A stretch of DNA of 64,000 nucleotides. Origin: Tubiluchus corallicola (Eukaryota > Animalia > Priapulida). The notes below the pieces were generated by a model. That model saw only the letters and a list, made by a program, of their open reading frames with translations. It ran no database searches and was not told the DNA's origin. The translations under genes were made by a program, and so were the position numbers. The stretch covers positions 1 to 64,000 of the forward strand of contig JAQGDQ010000492.1 in NCBI GenBank assembly GCA_030141605.1, read 5' to 3'. Positions 40,220-53,700 of this stretch are shown in pieces; the stretch's first letter is position 1; every line of letters starts with the position of its first letter.

Positions 40220-41052
40220 ATAAATGCACTGTTAGAACATAATATTTATGTTGTAGATATCTAGTAGCTTATATGGGCAATAATGCTTGAGAAATTCAGC
40301 AGAATGGCAAGCCACATTATAAGATGTGATATTGGCGAAGACTAGTAAAAGTTTTGTAATTTGAACATTTTTGTTATAATCGATTATTAATGTATGTAGC
40401 GATATTCAGAAAACATTTTATATGTTTTAATCTGTTTTTAGTAAAACTAAGAGCTTTACAAGTAAATCCACAGTGCTCAATGATCTTTTGGCTCGCCCAG
40501 ACTTGTGAAAAATTCTCTCGAACGTTTTGAAAAGCAGGAATAAAATCCAAGTTTCGGCCATTAGTTTTAAAACTATACCATTGTTTAACATTATCCATTG
40601 AAAAACAAACAATCGACAACAGATGTAAAGTTTATATTGTTGTAAGTTCTAAATACATTTGTAAAAGTTTCTGCATTTTGTGCCAAATAATGTTTTGTTG
40701 GTTGCGGGTATTGCTGTCTTAAAGCAGAGAAACTGTTGACTACAAGCGAAGAAGAAGGCGTGAGTTATAACAGTTAATAAATAATTATGGTAACAATGAT
40801 AACAAATTTTTGATAACTAAGAATGAAACGTTTAAAATTCCATAAAATACACGATTACGTGGTATTTTTTTGTTAATAATAAAAACAATTGTAAATGTAA
40901 TTATGGATTTTATGCAAAAAACTGTGTTATACGGATGTTTGACTTCTAATGAAGTGTCGTATCATCTAGAGCTAGTGAACCTATTTTCAGCTGATGATGT
41001 AATTCAGAGGCGTCATCAGCGTCATAGGTAATCAGAACTAGCTAGGTCTAAG

Positions 41053-41165
<113 letters not shown>

Positions 41166-42697
41166 TATGCGTGCGTGCGTGCGTAAAATGAATGCACAGT
41201 GTTTCTGGTTCAAAGAATCAACCATCATTCCGTCGATAAAATAGATAACAGTTAAACAGACAAACTGGATGCAAAAGATTTTCGTAAATTTCAATGCTGA
41301 AATAAAGAAAGAGCATCAGCAAAGTGAAGAACAAACAGACGAGATATTGGTCAACGTGGCTGGAAGCTTGACATATTCCAGACTGCATACAAAGCAGAAG
41401 AGACAGCACAATGAACACAGGTAATAAAGTCACAAGTAAAAAAGTCGCAGATTATGTCAGGTAAAAGGTCACAGGAAAAAAGTCGTAGGTAAAAGGTCAA
41501 ATGAAGAAAAGCACATAAAAAATCTTAAAGTCATTAACAATTAATAATTAATTTTGGTTAGGGATAGAGATGTTGTTTTGGGCTAGGATGCGTATGCGTT
41601 TTCACCAGCGGAATAGCTACAGAAAAACAATAAAGCATATGCAAGCTACATAAACGGGTGCATTGAAAACAATATAATCCAATTATGTCTATCCCGCACT
41701 GACAAAACGCATATGCAGTCCGGATTAGCATAAACGCCATTTTACCCTAGCTCTTAACACTAACTTATCCCTAGCTAAAATTAGCTGTGACTTTTTTCCT
41801 AGCCAAAATTGGAACCTTTTCCGTGACTTTTTCCAGGAAAGTTATTACCGGTCACCTTAAGCGGACATCGGGTTTCATATCCATAAAGCGGCTCAGCTTC
41901 TCAAAAACGCAAATTGTTCACCTCTAGTGGAAAGGCCATGTGATGGGACCTCCATCTGAGCTAATGAGAACTTAATTTGGCTCTGGTCTTCAAATTTAGA
42001 TTCCTTCTGCTCAAATATTGCAAGCAATCTACTCTCGTGCTGACTGACAATGTAAAGCTTTGCACCAACCATAACCTCACAACCGGTTGTTGTATCAAAT
42101 AAATGTACAATAATAATTTTTTTTATTTATTAAATATATCCACAATGATCATACAGCATTGTACATAAAGGTATTTAATAATGTATTTATTATTATGTAC
42201 AAGATGCCAAGCCGCAAATGACCCGTGGGATACTCAAGAAGTAATTACTTGTTTAGAGTACCCCCAAATGAATGTGGACTGAGTGTAATAGAAAAGAGCA
42301 GTAAAGGAGTAGAAGGAAATGTTAATAGAGAATAAAAAGAAGGAGACAGATGTGGAGGTATCTGTATGAAGTAACATGAACTATAGAAATGTAAAAATTG
42401 ACATAGCCAGCAACACACCTTTTTCACTTAACGTGCATGCTAAAATCCCACTGCTTATATTGAATTACACGACAGATTGAATTACACCGCCTACAGGGTA
42501 TTTCTGCCGCTTTCACATCTGTATTAAAATTTGCCATTATTTATACTGTAAGTAATCTAAACTGTAAGTAAAAAATGAATATGTAATAGTCCACGTTGCA
42601 GATTTTATATAGATTTTCTTTCTCCATTAATTCATTGATTCTCAAAAACTAGATTGCTCTACATTTAAAATTTGTTGCGCTTTTTACTTGATAATAC

Positions 42698-42806
42698 CAG
42701 GGCCTATTTCAAGGGGGGGGGAAGTGGGGATACTTCCCCGGGGCCTCATCCTCCAGGGGGGTGTCGCTCCAAGATAACATTTTTTCGCTTTATGCGAACA
42801 TACTGC

Positions 42807-42884
<78 letters not shown>

Positions 42885-43181
42885 TCTCTCTCTCTCTCTC
42901 CCTCTCTCTCTTGCCGCACGCGCGCCGTTTGCCAGTATTGACAAGTATTAAGGACTGGTCTTGAGAATAAAGCAGTTTTTCTTTCACTTGTTCTTTCCTT
43001 TAACAACAGTATAACTCCATATTTTCTCTTCAAAAATGCTTCTGCGGCGTCCGGCGTTCTAGCAGTTCAAAAATTTTCTGGGCGAAAACCATGGTACCGC
43101 CCGACCCCGCAGCGCTTCCCCCCCCATGGGGCCACATACACCCCACTTCCCCGGGCCTCGCCTAGACTGAAATAGGCCCTG
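42698..43181. mobile_element. hAT-type MITE with internal (CT)n
   Basis: TIRs CAGGGCCTATTTCA / TGAAATAGGCCCTG; 8-bp TSD GATAATAC at 42690-42697 and 43182-43189. Confidence 0.88.
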
Positions 43182-44403
43182 GATAATACTATTACATATT
43201 ATAGAGTTACATGTATATTATCGCTTTCTGTGATATTAAAGTTGGTAAAGAATTTTGTATTGACATCAACAGACCTAAGCGAAAATTCTTTGACGCTCTT
43301 TACAAGATTCTATTGACATTAGGCTTTTAGCTGAGCATTGGAATGAAATATTACCAGAATGTTAATGTGCTCCTGTTGTTTACCCGCCTTATTACATTCT
43401 TGTGAAAATGGTGCTGTTAGCAATACAGACTTGAAAATCATAAGCTGCAAGACTGTTTCTACAAAAAAAACTCCATAACTCCATATTTTCTCTTCAAAAA
43501 TGCTTCTCCGGCGTCCGGCGTTCTAGCAGTTCAAAAATTTTCTGGGCGAAAACCATGGTACCGCCCGACCCCGAAGCGCTTCCCCCCCCCCCCCATGGGG
43601 CCTCATACACCCACTTCCCGGGCCTCGCCTAGACTGAAATAGGCCCTGGATAATACTATTACATATTATAGAGTTACATGTATATTATCGCTTTGTGTGA
43701 TATTAAAGTTGGTAAAGAATTTTGTATTGACATCAACAGACCTAAGCGAAAATTCTTTGACGCTCTTTACAAGATTCTATTGACATTAGGCTTTTAGCTG
43801 AGCATTGGAATGAAATATTACAGAATGTTAATGTGCTCCTGTTGTTTACCCGCCTTATTACATTCTTGTGAAAATGGTGCTGTTAGCAATACAGACTTGA
43901 AAATCATAAGCTGCAAGACTGTTTCTACAAAAAAAACTCCATAACTCCATATTTTCTCTTCAAAAATGCTTCTCCGGCGTCCGGCGTTCTAGCAGTTCAA
44001 AAATTTTCTGGGCGAAAACCATGGTACCGCCCGACCCCGCAGCGCTTCCCCCCCCCCCCCATGGGGCCTCATACACCCCACTTCCCCGGGCCTCGCCTAG
44101 ACTGAAATAGGCCCTGGATAATACTATTACATATTATAGAGTTACATGTATATTATCGCTTTGTGTGATATTAAAGTTGGTAAAGAATTTTGTATTGACA
44201 TCAACAGACCTAAGCGAAAATTCTTTGACGCTCTTTACAAGATTCTATTGACATTAGGCTTTTAGCTGAGCATTGGAATGAAATATTACCAGAATGTTAA
44301 TGTGCTCCTGTTGTTTACCCGCCTTATTACATTCTTGTGAAAATGGTGCTGTTAGCAATACAGACTTGAAAATCATAAGCTGCAAGACTGTTTCTACAAA
44401 AAA
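43011..44403. repeat. Tandem triplication of a ~465-bp unit (starts at 43011, 43475, 43941)
   Basis: Three near-identical copies, each containing the right end of the hAT MITE plus flanking DNA. Confidence 0.95.
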
Positions 44404-45166
44404 TTTAAGTATGGGCAAAATGAAAGTGCCAAGGTACTCTATAAGATTGTGCCTTTATTCACAGAACCAGTCCGTAAAGCCGGAAGTGGCATACACAAGA
44501 GTGACGCATCACTATATCACATACTCATCTATTATTGTGGGACTATGCCGTCAAATTTCACGATCCACAGTCGAACTTTTTAATGCTCAACTTTTGAAGG
44601 AAAATACGAAATTCTATTCAGATACTTATACATAAATTATTGTATTTTATTAATGGCGTTGATTTTGACTCAAGATTGAAATATGGCTGTACTTTGTACT
44701 TTAATCACAACATGAAACGTACTGTCAAGAAACGTACCGTACACACAACAACAAGAACAATAATATACTGATGAATATGCGATTCACATGCTTTCAGGAA
44801 CCGGATATGATTTAACATTTATATTGGTGCAAGATTATTCCACTTTAATCATGCAAAATAATAACCAAATATGCTAGAATTTTTTTGCAGTCACAATTTT
44901 TAAGCTTTTAAACCTGTTTTTGCTTTCTCGCTTGCTATTTTAGTTGTCCTCGTCATCATCATTGTTGTTGTCGTTGTTACATTTGTTGTTTTGTTGCTGT
45001 TGCCACTCTTGTTGTTGCTGTTCTTGTTGCTCTTGCAGTTGTTGTTGTTGTTGCTGCTGTTGATGACAGCATGTCAATGTGTATATTCTTACAGGTAATT
45101 CTCTCTTTCGTGCAGGTACTCTTCAGCCATTATCACCAAAACCTCAATGACAGCAATTCAGTGAAA

Positions 45167-46843
45167 ATGAAGCAACTGACTGGTTTGTTTTTAAGTTCTT
45201 TCTGCGCTGTGGTTACCAGCTTGGAGGTTCCTAGGTACAACGTGTTCGTTTACTCAGACTTCTTCGGAACAGGAAACTCGATTTTATTTTCAATAAATTT
45301 CACACTGATAAGCAAGCCAGAAATTTACGAAGATGGTCCTGGACGGGCTGTAGAGTCCAACAAGAAACTCCTGCCAAGTTCCACTGCTGTTCCACGTATG
45401 CACGGTCATTCCGTAGTCGTCGTCCCATGGCGTATCTCTTTAGAATGTCCAAACGACCTCATTTTTTTCGATTACACACCCAAGGATAACATTTCCACTC
45501 ATATTGAACTCATTCCTCCAGTATGCACACCATTCAATGACACCCTTATTTTCCCAGCAAATTTAGGGTACGACTCTGTATATATCAATTTCACTTCAAA
45601 TGGAAAGTGGACGAAACACAACGGATTTGAACTGTATGTCTACCAACTGATTCTACCTACCAGCTGTATTGCGGAGTACTGCAAAAATGGTGGAACCTGC
45701 TTGGAACATGACGACTATGTAGAATGCAAGTGCATGCTGGGATACATAGGAGTGAACTGCGAGTTTGACCGTGACGAATGTCTCTCGAATCCATGTCCTA
45801 ACTACAAGGTGTGTTATGATGGTCTGAATGACTTCGGCTGCTTCTGTGAAGATGGCTTCACTGGAGACACATGTGAAGTGGACATCAATGAGTGTGACTC
45901 GCATCCATGTTCTAGTGGAGCAACCTGTGTGGATATGTTGGCTAGGTATCGCTGTCAATGCCCACCAGGTTTCACAGGAACAGACTGTGAAAATGATATA
46001 GACGATTGTGCCTCGGCCTTTTGCCAAAATGGTGCCACTTGCCAAGATGTCACCAATGGCCACCTTTGTCTTTGTGCTCCAGGATTTACAGGATTCCACT
46101 GCGAAAGAAACATAAACGACTGCGCTTCTGTTCCGTGTAAGAACAATGGTACCTGTGTAGATGGTGTTAACTCTTATGAATGCGCTTGCAACCCGGATAT
46201 TACAGGACGAAGGTGTGAGAAAGTCAATGGTTGCTACTACTCTCCTTGTGGTGTTCATGGGGAAGCTTGCGTGGAAATTGGCAATGACTATAGATGCAAG
46301 TGTATGGCAGGATTTACGGGACGTAACTGCGAAATCCAGATTGACGAATGTCTATCCCGCCCATGTGTGTATGGAGATTGTTTTGATCGCATTAACAATT
46401 ATCAGTGCATTTGCAATCCAGGTTACAGAGGTCGCCAATGTGAAATCAACATTGACGATTGTGTACACCGTCCTTGCGGTGAACATGGTACGTGCTTTGA
46501 TGATATTGCTTCGTACACCTGCTACTGCTCAGCAGGGTTCACTGGGAAAAACTGCAAAACAAACATTGATGAGTGCCAGTCCGATCCATGTCAAAATGGC
46601 GGTACATGTTATGATGACATTCATTCTTATACATGCTTCTGTAAGCACGGAAATTCCGGCGAACATTGTGAATTGGTCGTTACCGAGCACCCTATACCTG
46701 GTACTGCAGCTATGCTGAGCGATGACGTCATAGAGAAGTCAAGCAACTTACTTGCTTTCACTGTTGCTTTAATACTTGGTTGTGCTGCTATTGCTGCTGT
46801 TGTTGGGGCAGTTGTTTGGTACGTCAGGCAGAAACATAACTGA
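45167..46843 (+). CDS. EGF cluster gene D: signal peptide + CUB-like + 9 EGF + TM, no WAP, 5-aa tail (558 aa)
   Basis: ATG 45167 (MKQLTGLFLSSFCAVVTS signal peptide) follows a splice acceptor at 45115. LECPNDLIFF..VC..INFTSNG..HNGF; nine EGF units; TM LLAFTVALILGCAAIAAVVGAVVWYV followed by RQKHN*. Confidence 0.92.
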   Translation: MKQLTGLFLSSFCAVVTSLEVPRYNVFVYSDFFGTGNSILFSINFTLISKPEIYEDGPGRAVESNKKLLPSSTAVPRMHGHSVVVVPWRISLECPNDLIFFDYTPKDNISTHIELIPPVCTPFNDTLIFPANLGYDSVYINFTSNGKWTKHNGFELYVYQLILPTSCIAEYCKNGGTCLEHDDYVECKCMLGYIGVNCEFDRDECLSNPCPNYKVCYDGLNDFGCFCEDGFTGDTCEVDINECDSHPCSSGATCVDMLARYRCQCPPGFTGTDCENDIDDCASAFCQNGATCQDVTNGHLCLCAPGFTGFHCERNINDCASVPCKNNGTCVDGVNSYECACNPDITGRRCEKVNGCYYSPCGVHGEACVEIGNDYRCKCMAGFTGRNCEIQIDECLSRPCVYGDCFDRINNYQCICNPGYRGRQCEINIDDCVHRPCGEHGTCFDDIASYTCYCSAGFTGKNCKTNIDECQSDPCQNGGTCYDDIHSYTCFCKHGNSGEHCELVVTEHPIPGTAAMLSDDVIEKSSNLLAFTVALILGCAAIAAVVGAVVWYVRQKHN

Positions 46844-47520
46844 TTAGTGGAGTTGGAAAATTGGCCATAGTCAGTCGTTTCTGTTTCTACTTTGTCATTT
46901 GCTTCTTCAATGTTAGCATTTGTATCACCCGCTTGCGTACAATGTTTAGCTGTTATGTTTTGTTTATACCAATAGTGTAAGAGTGTAGTTTACTTTCAAA
47001 GCTAAAATAAACTATTTTGTTAATAATCAACTCATTTAATGTGTTGCATATCTAGAAACTCTGGCATAAATGGTTTGCTTTTTAAAAAATGTAAAAAAAT
47101 ATTTTTTGCGACACATTGTTTGTCTTTAGGCAATTGTTCTGTAAAAAAAATTCATTGCATTTTGTTCCTATTTAATATTTGCGTTTTCAATGACAGCAAA
47201 CAAAACCGTTTGTTGTTCCATCAGTCAGTATAATTTGTTCTTGTGAAAGATTGACTTGTAAAAAATTTAATTTTACCAAAATCTAAGCCTCCTGGATTTA
47301 TTTCATTGTGTGTTTGTTTATTAGTACTTAGACCACATTCAGGCATCGCTAATCTTAAATAAATTCTCAACTAAAATAACTTTCATGGATTTTTGCACAG
47401 GAACAACTGCGTCAGTGCACAGAAGGCGTTTTTAACGAACGTTGGTAAAGTGGCGCATGTAAAAATGACACAGGAAAAATGGCGCATACGTATTTTGATG
47501 CAAAAAAATCTGTAATATAA

Positions 47521-48704
47521 CTAGAATGTGCTCAGTAGGAGCAGACCTCTACCAACTTCGAAAAATCCTGAACATGTTCGTTTGATTTTTCTGATAAAAA
47601 ACAAAAACCAAGGCAAACAAGCAAACGTGCAAATATACACACATGTAATTTTTACATAGATAGCAAAAGACTCTAGTTCATTAAATAGAATGACAATAAA
47701 AAAAGCACGAACATTCCACATAGTATTTGCTATATTCGTTTAACCATCAGGCAATGGTATAGCGGACTGACAAATACATGTGTACGTATTTACATGTGAA
47801 GTCAGCTTTTTAGGTTTGTAACATGAACAGGCTGCATAAGATTATGGATATCCATAAAATAAGACCAAAAATCCATAAAATAAAATTCGAAAAATCCATA
47901 AAATAAGAAATGCATAAAATAAAATAAAAATTTTGTGATTTTTTGTACAAAATAAGGCAATCAATACTGAATACAGGCATTGGATCGAAAACTTCAGCCT
48001 AGAGGGCATTCTACATTCGTACCAAATAGATGAATTATCTGAACTGAAGTGATGAATTACAAGGCATTGTCTGGTAAAATTTGATTAAATTTGAAGTGAT
48101 ATGAAACCGATAAAATTAAAACGAAACCGATAAATTTAAAAGTAAGTCCTGCGTGTTTAAAAACACGTTTCAAGCACTCCTGTTTTTACTTGTTAATTGA
48201 TTTCGTTCCAGATATAGTCTATTTCTTATTTTATTGATATCCATAAAATAAAGTTTCAAAAATCCATAAATTAAGCTATTTTATTTATTTTATACATATC
48301 CATAATCTTATGCACCCTGAACATGAATGACCAAAGCTTATAGGTGGCGTTACGCAGTTTCCCAAGCGAAAGTTTGTCGTAGTTGTTTGTCCTAGTAGAG
48401 ATAATAAATTACCGTATCTTGTAGCCAAGTCCTTTTCATCTCAAAGCTCTATGACATGCAATCTGAGACGTTCATGAAGTGCTTCAGTTTCGTTCTAATA
48501 TGAAACGTTTGGTCAAGTCTTGCGCTAAGATACTAACGGGTGGAAAAACGTTCATTTTGGCGTTTTTCATCCCTCCCTTTCCAAGAATCTGTGCAGAAAT
48601 GTATCTTTTTGTCCCCACCTTCTCCACAAAGTTACGCGGAAATCCTTAAGTAGTTTCTGGGTAATCGCTAACTTCCAGGAAGAATAACTTCTTTTGGCAG
48701 AGGT
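47521..48704 (-). mobile_element. Second HINE-like non-autonomous Helentron copy
   Basis: Same termini as 26896-28800 (CTAGAATGTGCTCAGTAGGAGCAGACCTCTACCAA ... TTGGCAGAGGT). Confidence 0.65.
47828..48319. mobile_element. hAT-type MITE nested in the HINE
   Basis: TIRs CAGGCTGCATAAGATTATGGATAT / ATATCCATAATCTTATGCACCCTG; 8-bp TSD AACATGAA at 47820-47827 and 48320-48327. Confidence 0.88.
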
Positions 48705-50702
48705 AAAAATAATGAATAATGAATAAAATAACTAAAGCAATCCTAATCCTACAAAATATTTTATGAGTATCCCATTTTTCCTAATTTTCTATTTGTGTTT
48801 TTTTTTGTGCCATTTTTAACGCGCACTTTTTGAGTAAAAGAAGACAGTTAACGTTATATTGATAACTATTACAACTGTTCAACCAATATGTAGGTATTAG
48901 CATGGATAACCTCGTATGCTGGCGATGGAATGTTGAAAAGCAGGAATTGAAACGTGCTGAGATTCTTATTAAAAGACACGAATTTATGTTAAGAGGGATT
49001 TGAGAAGGGTGTTTTCTGTTATTATGTCTTAGAGGAAGCGTAAAAGAGTAGATTATCAGCATTCGCATTGACACGTGTACAACAAATGAGAGAAGTGATA
49101 GAGATTGCGTGCACTATTGTATTACCTACAGGCAAATAAAGAAATAATTTTCTTGGTAATGTGTTACTGATTCGTGCTGTTGTTCGTCCTTTAGCCAGAG
49201 TGGTGTTTTTCTTGGTATTACTAATTACACTGTGAACGATTTTTCTTTTAATGTTTAAAGTTGCAATTTGACCTATTTATAAAGTCTGTATAGTAAAGTA
49301 ATTGGGCCAGTAAAATTATTAATTAAACCAGGTTTTTCAGTGTGTCACGGTTAGCGTGTAAAAGGAACAGAAGGCTCAACAAAAGTTGCTTCTACGTGTG
49401 TACACATGAACAAGTGCTTCTCTGGCGCTCCAAGTTTTTTTTTCATCGACTAGAATCGCGCATGTACGTACGTTTACTGTGTCACAGTGACAAAGTTCTT
49501 GTTGAATCAATGTTAACAGACCTGCATTATTGATATCACTAATATTGCATGCTTTGGTTATGAATTCCTAACCATAAACGTTTCATTGCTAAAAACATTG
49601 TTATTCGCTTGCAGTTAAACTCATGCGTCAACAAAAATCTGTTGGCATTTCACTTTCAATGTATGTCATCGCCTCTAGCAGTTGTGTGATGTGTCACAAT
49701 TTGTTAAGTTAAAACGCGCGTTCAATGCCAAAGAATCATTGTATCTATATATCAAGTTAATTATGCAAATTTAACACGTCAAGTATTAATATAAGAACTT
49801 GTAGGTAGCCTCTTTTTCTTCCAGGTAACAGAGAATTGACAACGCTAGGCATGTAGACAAAAACTTCAGTGAGCTGTAAAACTGTTATAAATTCCGTTTA
49901 TAAAATTGCATTGTATTTCAGTGTCATAACACGCAAACCTTGAATGCGATCAGTATCATAAAACAAAATGGATACCACACAGAATACGTAATGACAAATA
50001 GTTCCAATACTTGCTGGTGGCGGAACCATTAAATGGGTGCCCAAAAATGACAGGAAATTTGATTACCATAATAAACGATGTAATTAACCAGTCTTACGGA
50101 AAATTAATTGGTTGTATATCCTCAAGAAAGAGAAACAATAAAGCAAGAGCTGACTACCACAACTCAAATTAGAGAGTAGCTTTTGTACACTAGGATATCA
50201 CACTAATAGATTGGTCATTCGCCATGTCCTTTGGGCATCATTGTCAGGGTCTAACATAGAAAACACTGAATCAGTAAATTATAAGGTTGCAATAAAAAAC
50301 ATTTTAGCAAGGCTAGATACGCATGGCTAGGTTTAAAAAATGAGAACTCAAGTGCATTACTCGAAGCAACAAAGAATTGAAGTTGTAATCGGATAATAAT
50401 TTAAGCAAGAAAGACCCTTGTGTTGCCTTTTCAGTATTAAAATCAGTGGTGATTCGTTACAAGCAGCAAAATAAACAAAAAGTTTTAAAGTAACAAGAAA
50501 CGTTTATGTGAAAGTTGGGATTGTTTAATAAAAGAAAAAATATACATCGAATCTCTTTGAACAGTGAAAGAAGACGAAGTCTGATTCATCCTGTGACAGG
50601 ACCAGTAACTTTTCACTTTTGAAAGAGCGAATTATTAATTAAGAGCGACACGGATTTTAGTTGCTTACTTCAGCAATTATTTGTTATATTAATAACTCCA
50701 GC

Positions 50703-53700
50703 ATGGAACGCATAGTGTTTTCTCTGGCATTTCTGGCGACAGTGCTAATGTCGACTATAGCTGCACAAGAAGACGGCGAGTCAGGTACAATTTATGTACA
50801 ATCTTAATTATTAATAAGTTAAATAATCCGAAGGTGTTCTTGACGTACAAAATTAAAGTTGGTTTAATTTAGTTTAATTTATATATGCAAGCGCACGCGA
50901 TAATAATAAACAGAAACAGGAAAAAAGGTAGTCAAGTTTTTTCATACATGGAAGTAAGTATTGAAATGAAAGGCGTAAGCAATGCGATAGAAGATGGTAA
51001 CTGCAAAATTTTAGAAGCCATACCTTCAAACATCAAACAAGTACCATCAGTGACGGCATAACCACAAGCAGTATCACTAAGCTTATTTATTCAATCTCTG
51101 GGATGGCGATGGTGGCTCGTTGACCATATTGGGTCACCATACTCGGAAAAGTGACTGCTGTTTACAAAACGTCACCCAGGGCAGAGGCACAGTCACTGAG
51201 TGTATTCTGGTTCAAATCTATTCTGATCCGCATCAATTATCAACCAGAAATATTTGACTCCTCATAAATTAAATAAGAAGGGAAAAGCACGAAGTTGATA
51301 TTATATTCAAATACCAATAACCGACTATTGACCATATTTATTCATAATTAATGTTTATAGAACTTGGTCCTGCATCTTATTCCGACTGTTTCCGTTGCAT
51401 CTGCCAGGAACTGACGTCATGCGATGAGGAGGTTGGATGCAGATGGAGTGATTTTGGGCAAGAAGCTGCTTGTGGGGCTTACGATATAACAGAAAACTAT
51501 TTCATTGACTCGTGGGAGTATGACCCAGAACTTGCTCTGATAGGTGAGAATTTTAACGTAATTTATCATTAAACACAGGACTTTTAATATTGTAAACGTA
51601 GAAAGACACAAAATGTGAAATCTTTAAAGTACAAGAGAACACTCTTCCTAAATTAAGCTTAAAAAAATTCGTCTTTAAATTTTATGTGACTTTCATGCTA
51701 TTTTATTCATACAGAGGTTGCGTTAGCAGGAACCCTGAATCAAACTCTCGTGATGACAGTTAGTTGTTTTAAAGTTGTTTGAAACAAGTTTAGATAGCAT
51801 TGCATAAACTAAGAAAAATAATTAGAGCATTCGTACAACACTTTTCGCTAACTAACTAAAAGCTTGAATTACTGCCAGTAAGACAGTCATTGTGAGTAAG
51901 ATCTATTATGTGGTTTTTGGTAAATCAGTATGACAAACTTGGATGGCCTTACAGTGACGATTTACCAGTCGACGTTAATATAATTTAAATTATTGAAAAT
52001 TTCCCTTCCCAGCTACATAAGTAACACAAAATAACATAAATTTGTATGGAAAGTTATTTGCGACTTACTTTATAATTCCCTTTTCTCCCCCTTTAAGACA
52101 TTGGACTGTCGGCGGCAGTTATTAATACTACATGTGCAATAAACGCTGTGGTTGTTGTAATCTGCAGTTTCTTTTATTTACGTCTTTTATTCTTGGCGCC
52201 ATTATGATTTATCTTACAACACGAAACACGAAAACAATCTAAAGATGTTCAGAAAATGGGCCGTAAATAATGAAGGGAGGTTGTTCTTCCTCTCAAAATT
52301 AATTTTTATTAGTAATTTTGACCAAAATGAGAAGAACCATAAAATTTAAAACAGTTGCCAACATGAACAGCTGCGTCGAAGGTTGTGATCTGTAACTAAG
52401 TTCATTAGCATTTGCCACATGTCCATCTGAGTAAGTAATCTAATGTCAACGTCCTTGTACGTTGCCAGTGCATTTTTTAAAAAACATTGGTTGGCACAGA
52501 GGCATACGCTGCTGTATCTTGTCTAACAGCCCATCCATAAGCAACTCCTCGAACAAAGCCAATAATGCAGATAGTTACGTTCAACAGTGAAGTAAAAGGC
52601 TATGTCCTGGGGTTGGGTGGAGTGTCATATGAGAAAATTTCGAAAATACCGTAATCTAACCCACAGATTGCAATAGCCCTTTATCAGTCTATATGTATAG
52701 CCACAGAGAGGCTGACTCTGTACATTTCCAACTGTGACAGTTGCGTATAATCCTTTTTCCCTTGGACTTCATGTTTGCGGAATCTGCTACCGGAAAATTG
52801 TTTCTCTGAAAACTACAGCTCACCTGTTTCAAGAAAAATCTCAACAGATACGTTCTATCACTAGTAGAAACGCTATACTGTGTTTTGTTTATGTGGACAT
52901 GTTTTGATGTTTTTAGTGATTATTGAGTGCTCATTGGCTTGATTGGGGCGATTTCTATAGAAAATATAGAAATGCAATTTTACAGAAATAATAAGTTAAA
53001 TTTAAACTTAAACTTATAGACTAGACTAGCTACCCAGTTTTGTTCATTTTACAGGATGGGTGTCATGCACGCAGACTTTAGAATGTTCAGAGCGAATCGT
53101 GCGTTCGTACATGGCACGTTACGCGAACACACCCCGCCTGGGACACCCTGTCACTTGCAAAGACGTCTCAAGAACGCACGTAGGAGGCCCGTATGGGTTT
53201 TCGAAACCAGAAACAACCGACTTTTGGAAGAGAGTTCGGCAATGTCTGAAAAACGACTTCCAGGTTCAAAATCATGATTAAAAATTGAATATCTTAAAAT
53301 TAAACATCTACAATTGAATTTACTTTAAAATGCCGTTTAATTACTTAAGCGAAACACTGAAATATTGAAATATTTGTACTCTATTTAAATTAAAGCTGCT
53401 GTTCTTGCACTATGCCAAAAATGTCTAAAACGCCTATGCAGCAGGCTCAACCCTTGTATTATTCAAACTTTATCCAGTTTTTCTACCAGAAATTTTGTTG
53501 AAATTGTTTATGAGTTCAGCATTAAAGAGGAATATTACTGGGTTTTTCCTTTAATGATTAGGTTGACGGTTCGCAGCCTCTTACAGGGGGTTCGACTCTC
53601 CCACAGGCAAATACGCTTGCAGGTTTTGATACATCATCTCTTCAGGGTATAGTGCCGCAACAAGGTGTTGCTGGAAACATTGTGTTGCAACCAGGTAAAC

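Noticed and set aside
45071-45166. Upstream in-frame ATG for gene D
   Set aside because: It lies before a polypyrimidine/AG acceptor at 45115, and ATG 45167 gives a proper signal peptide.
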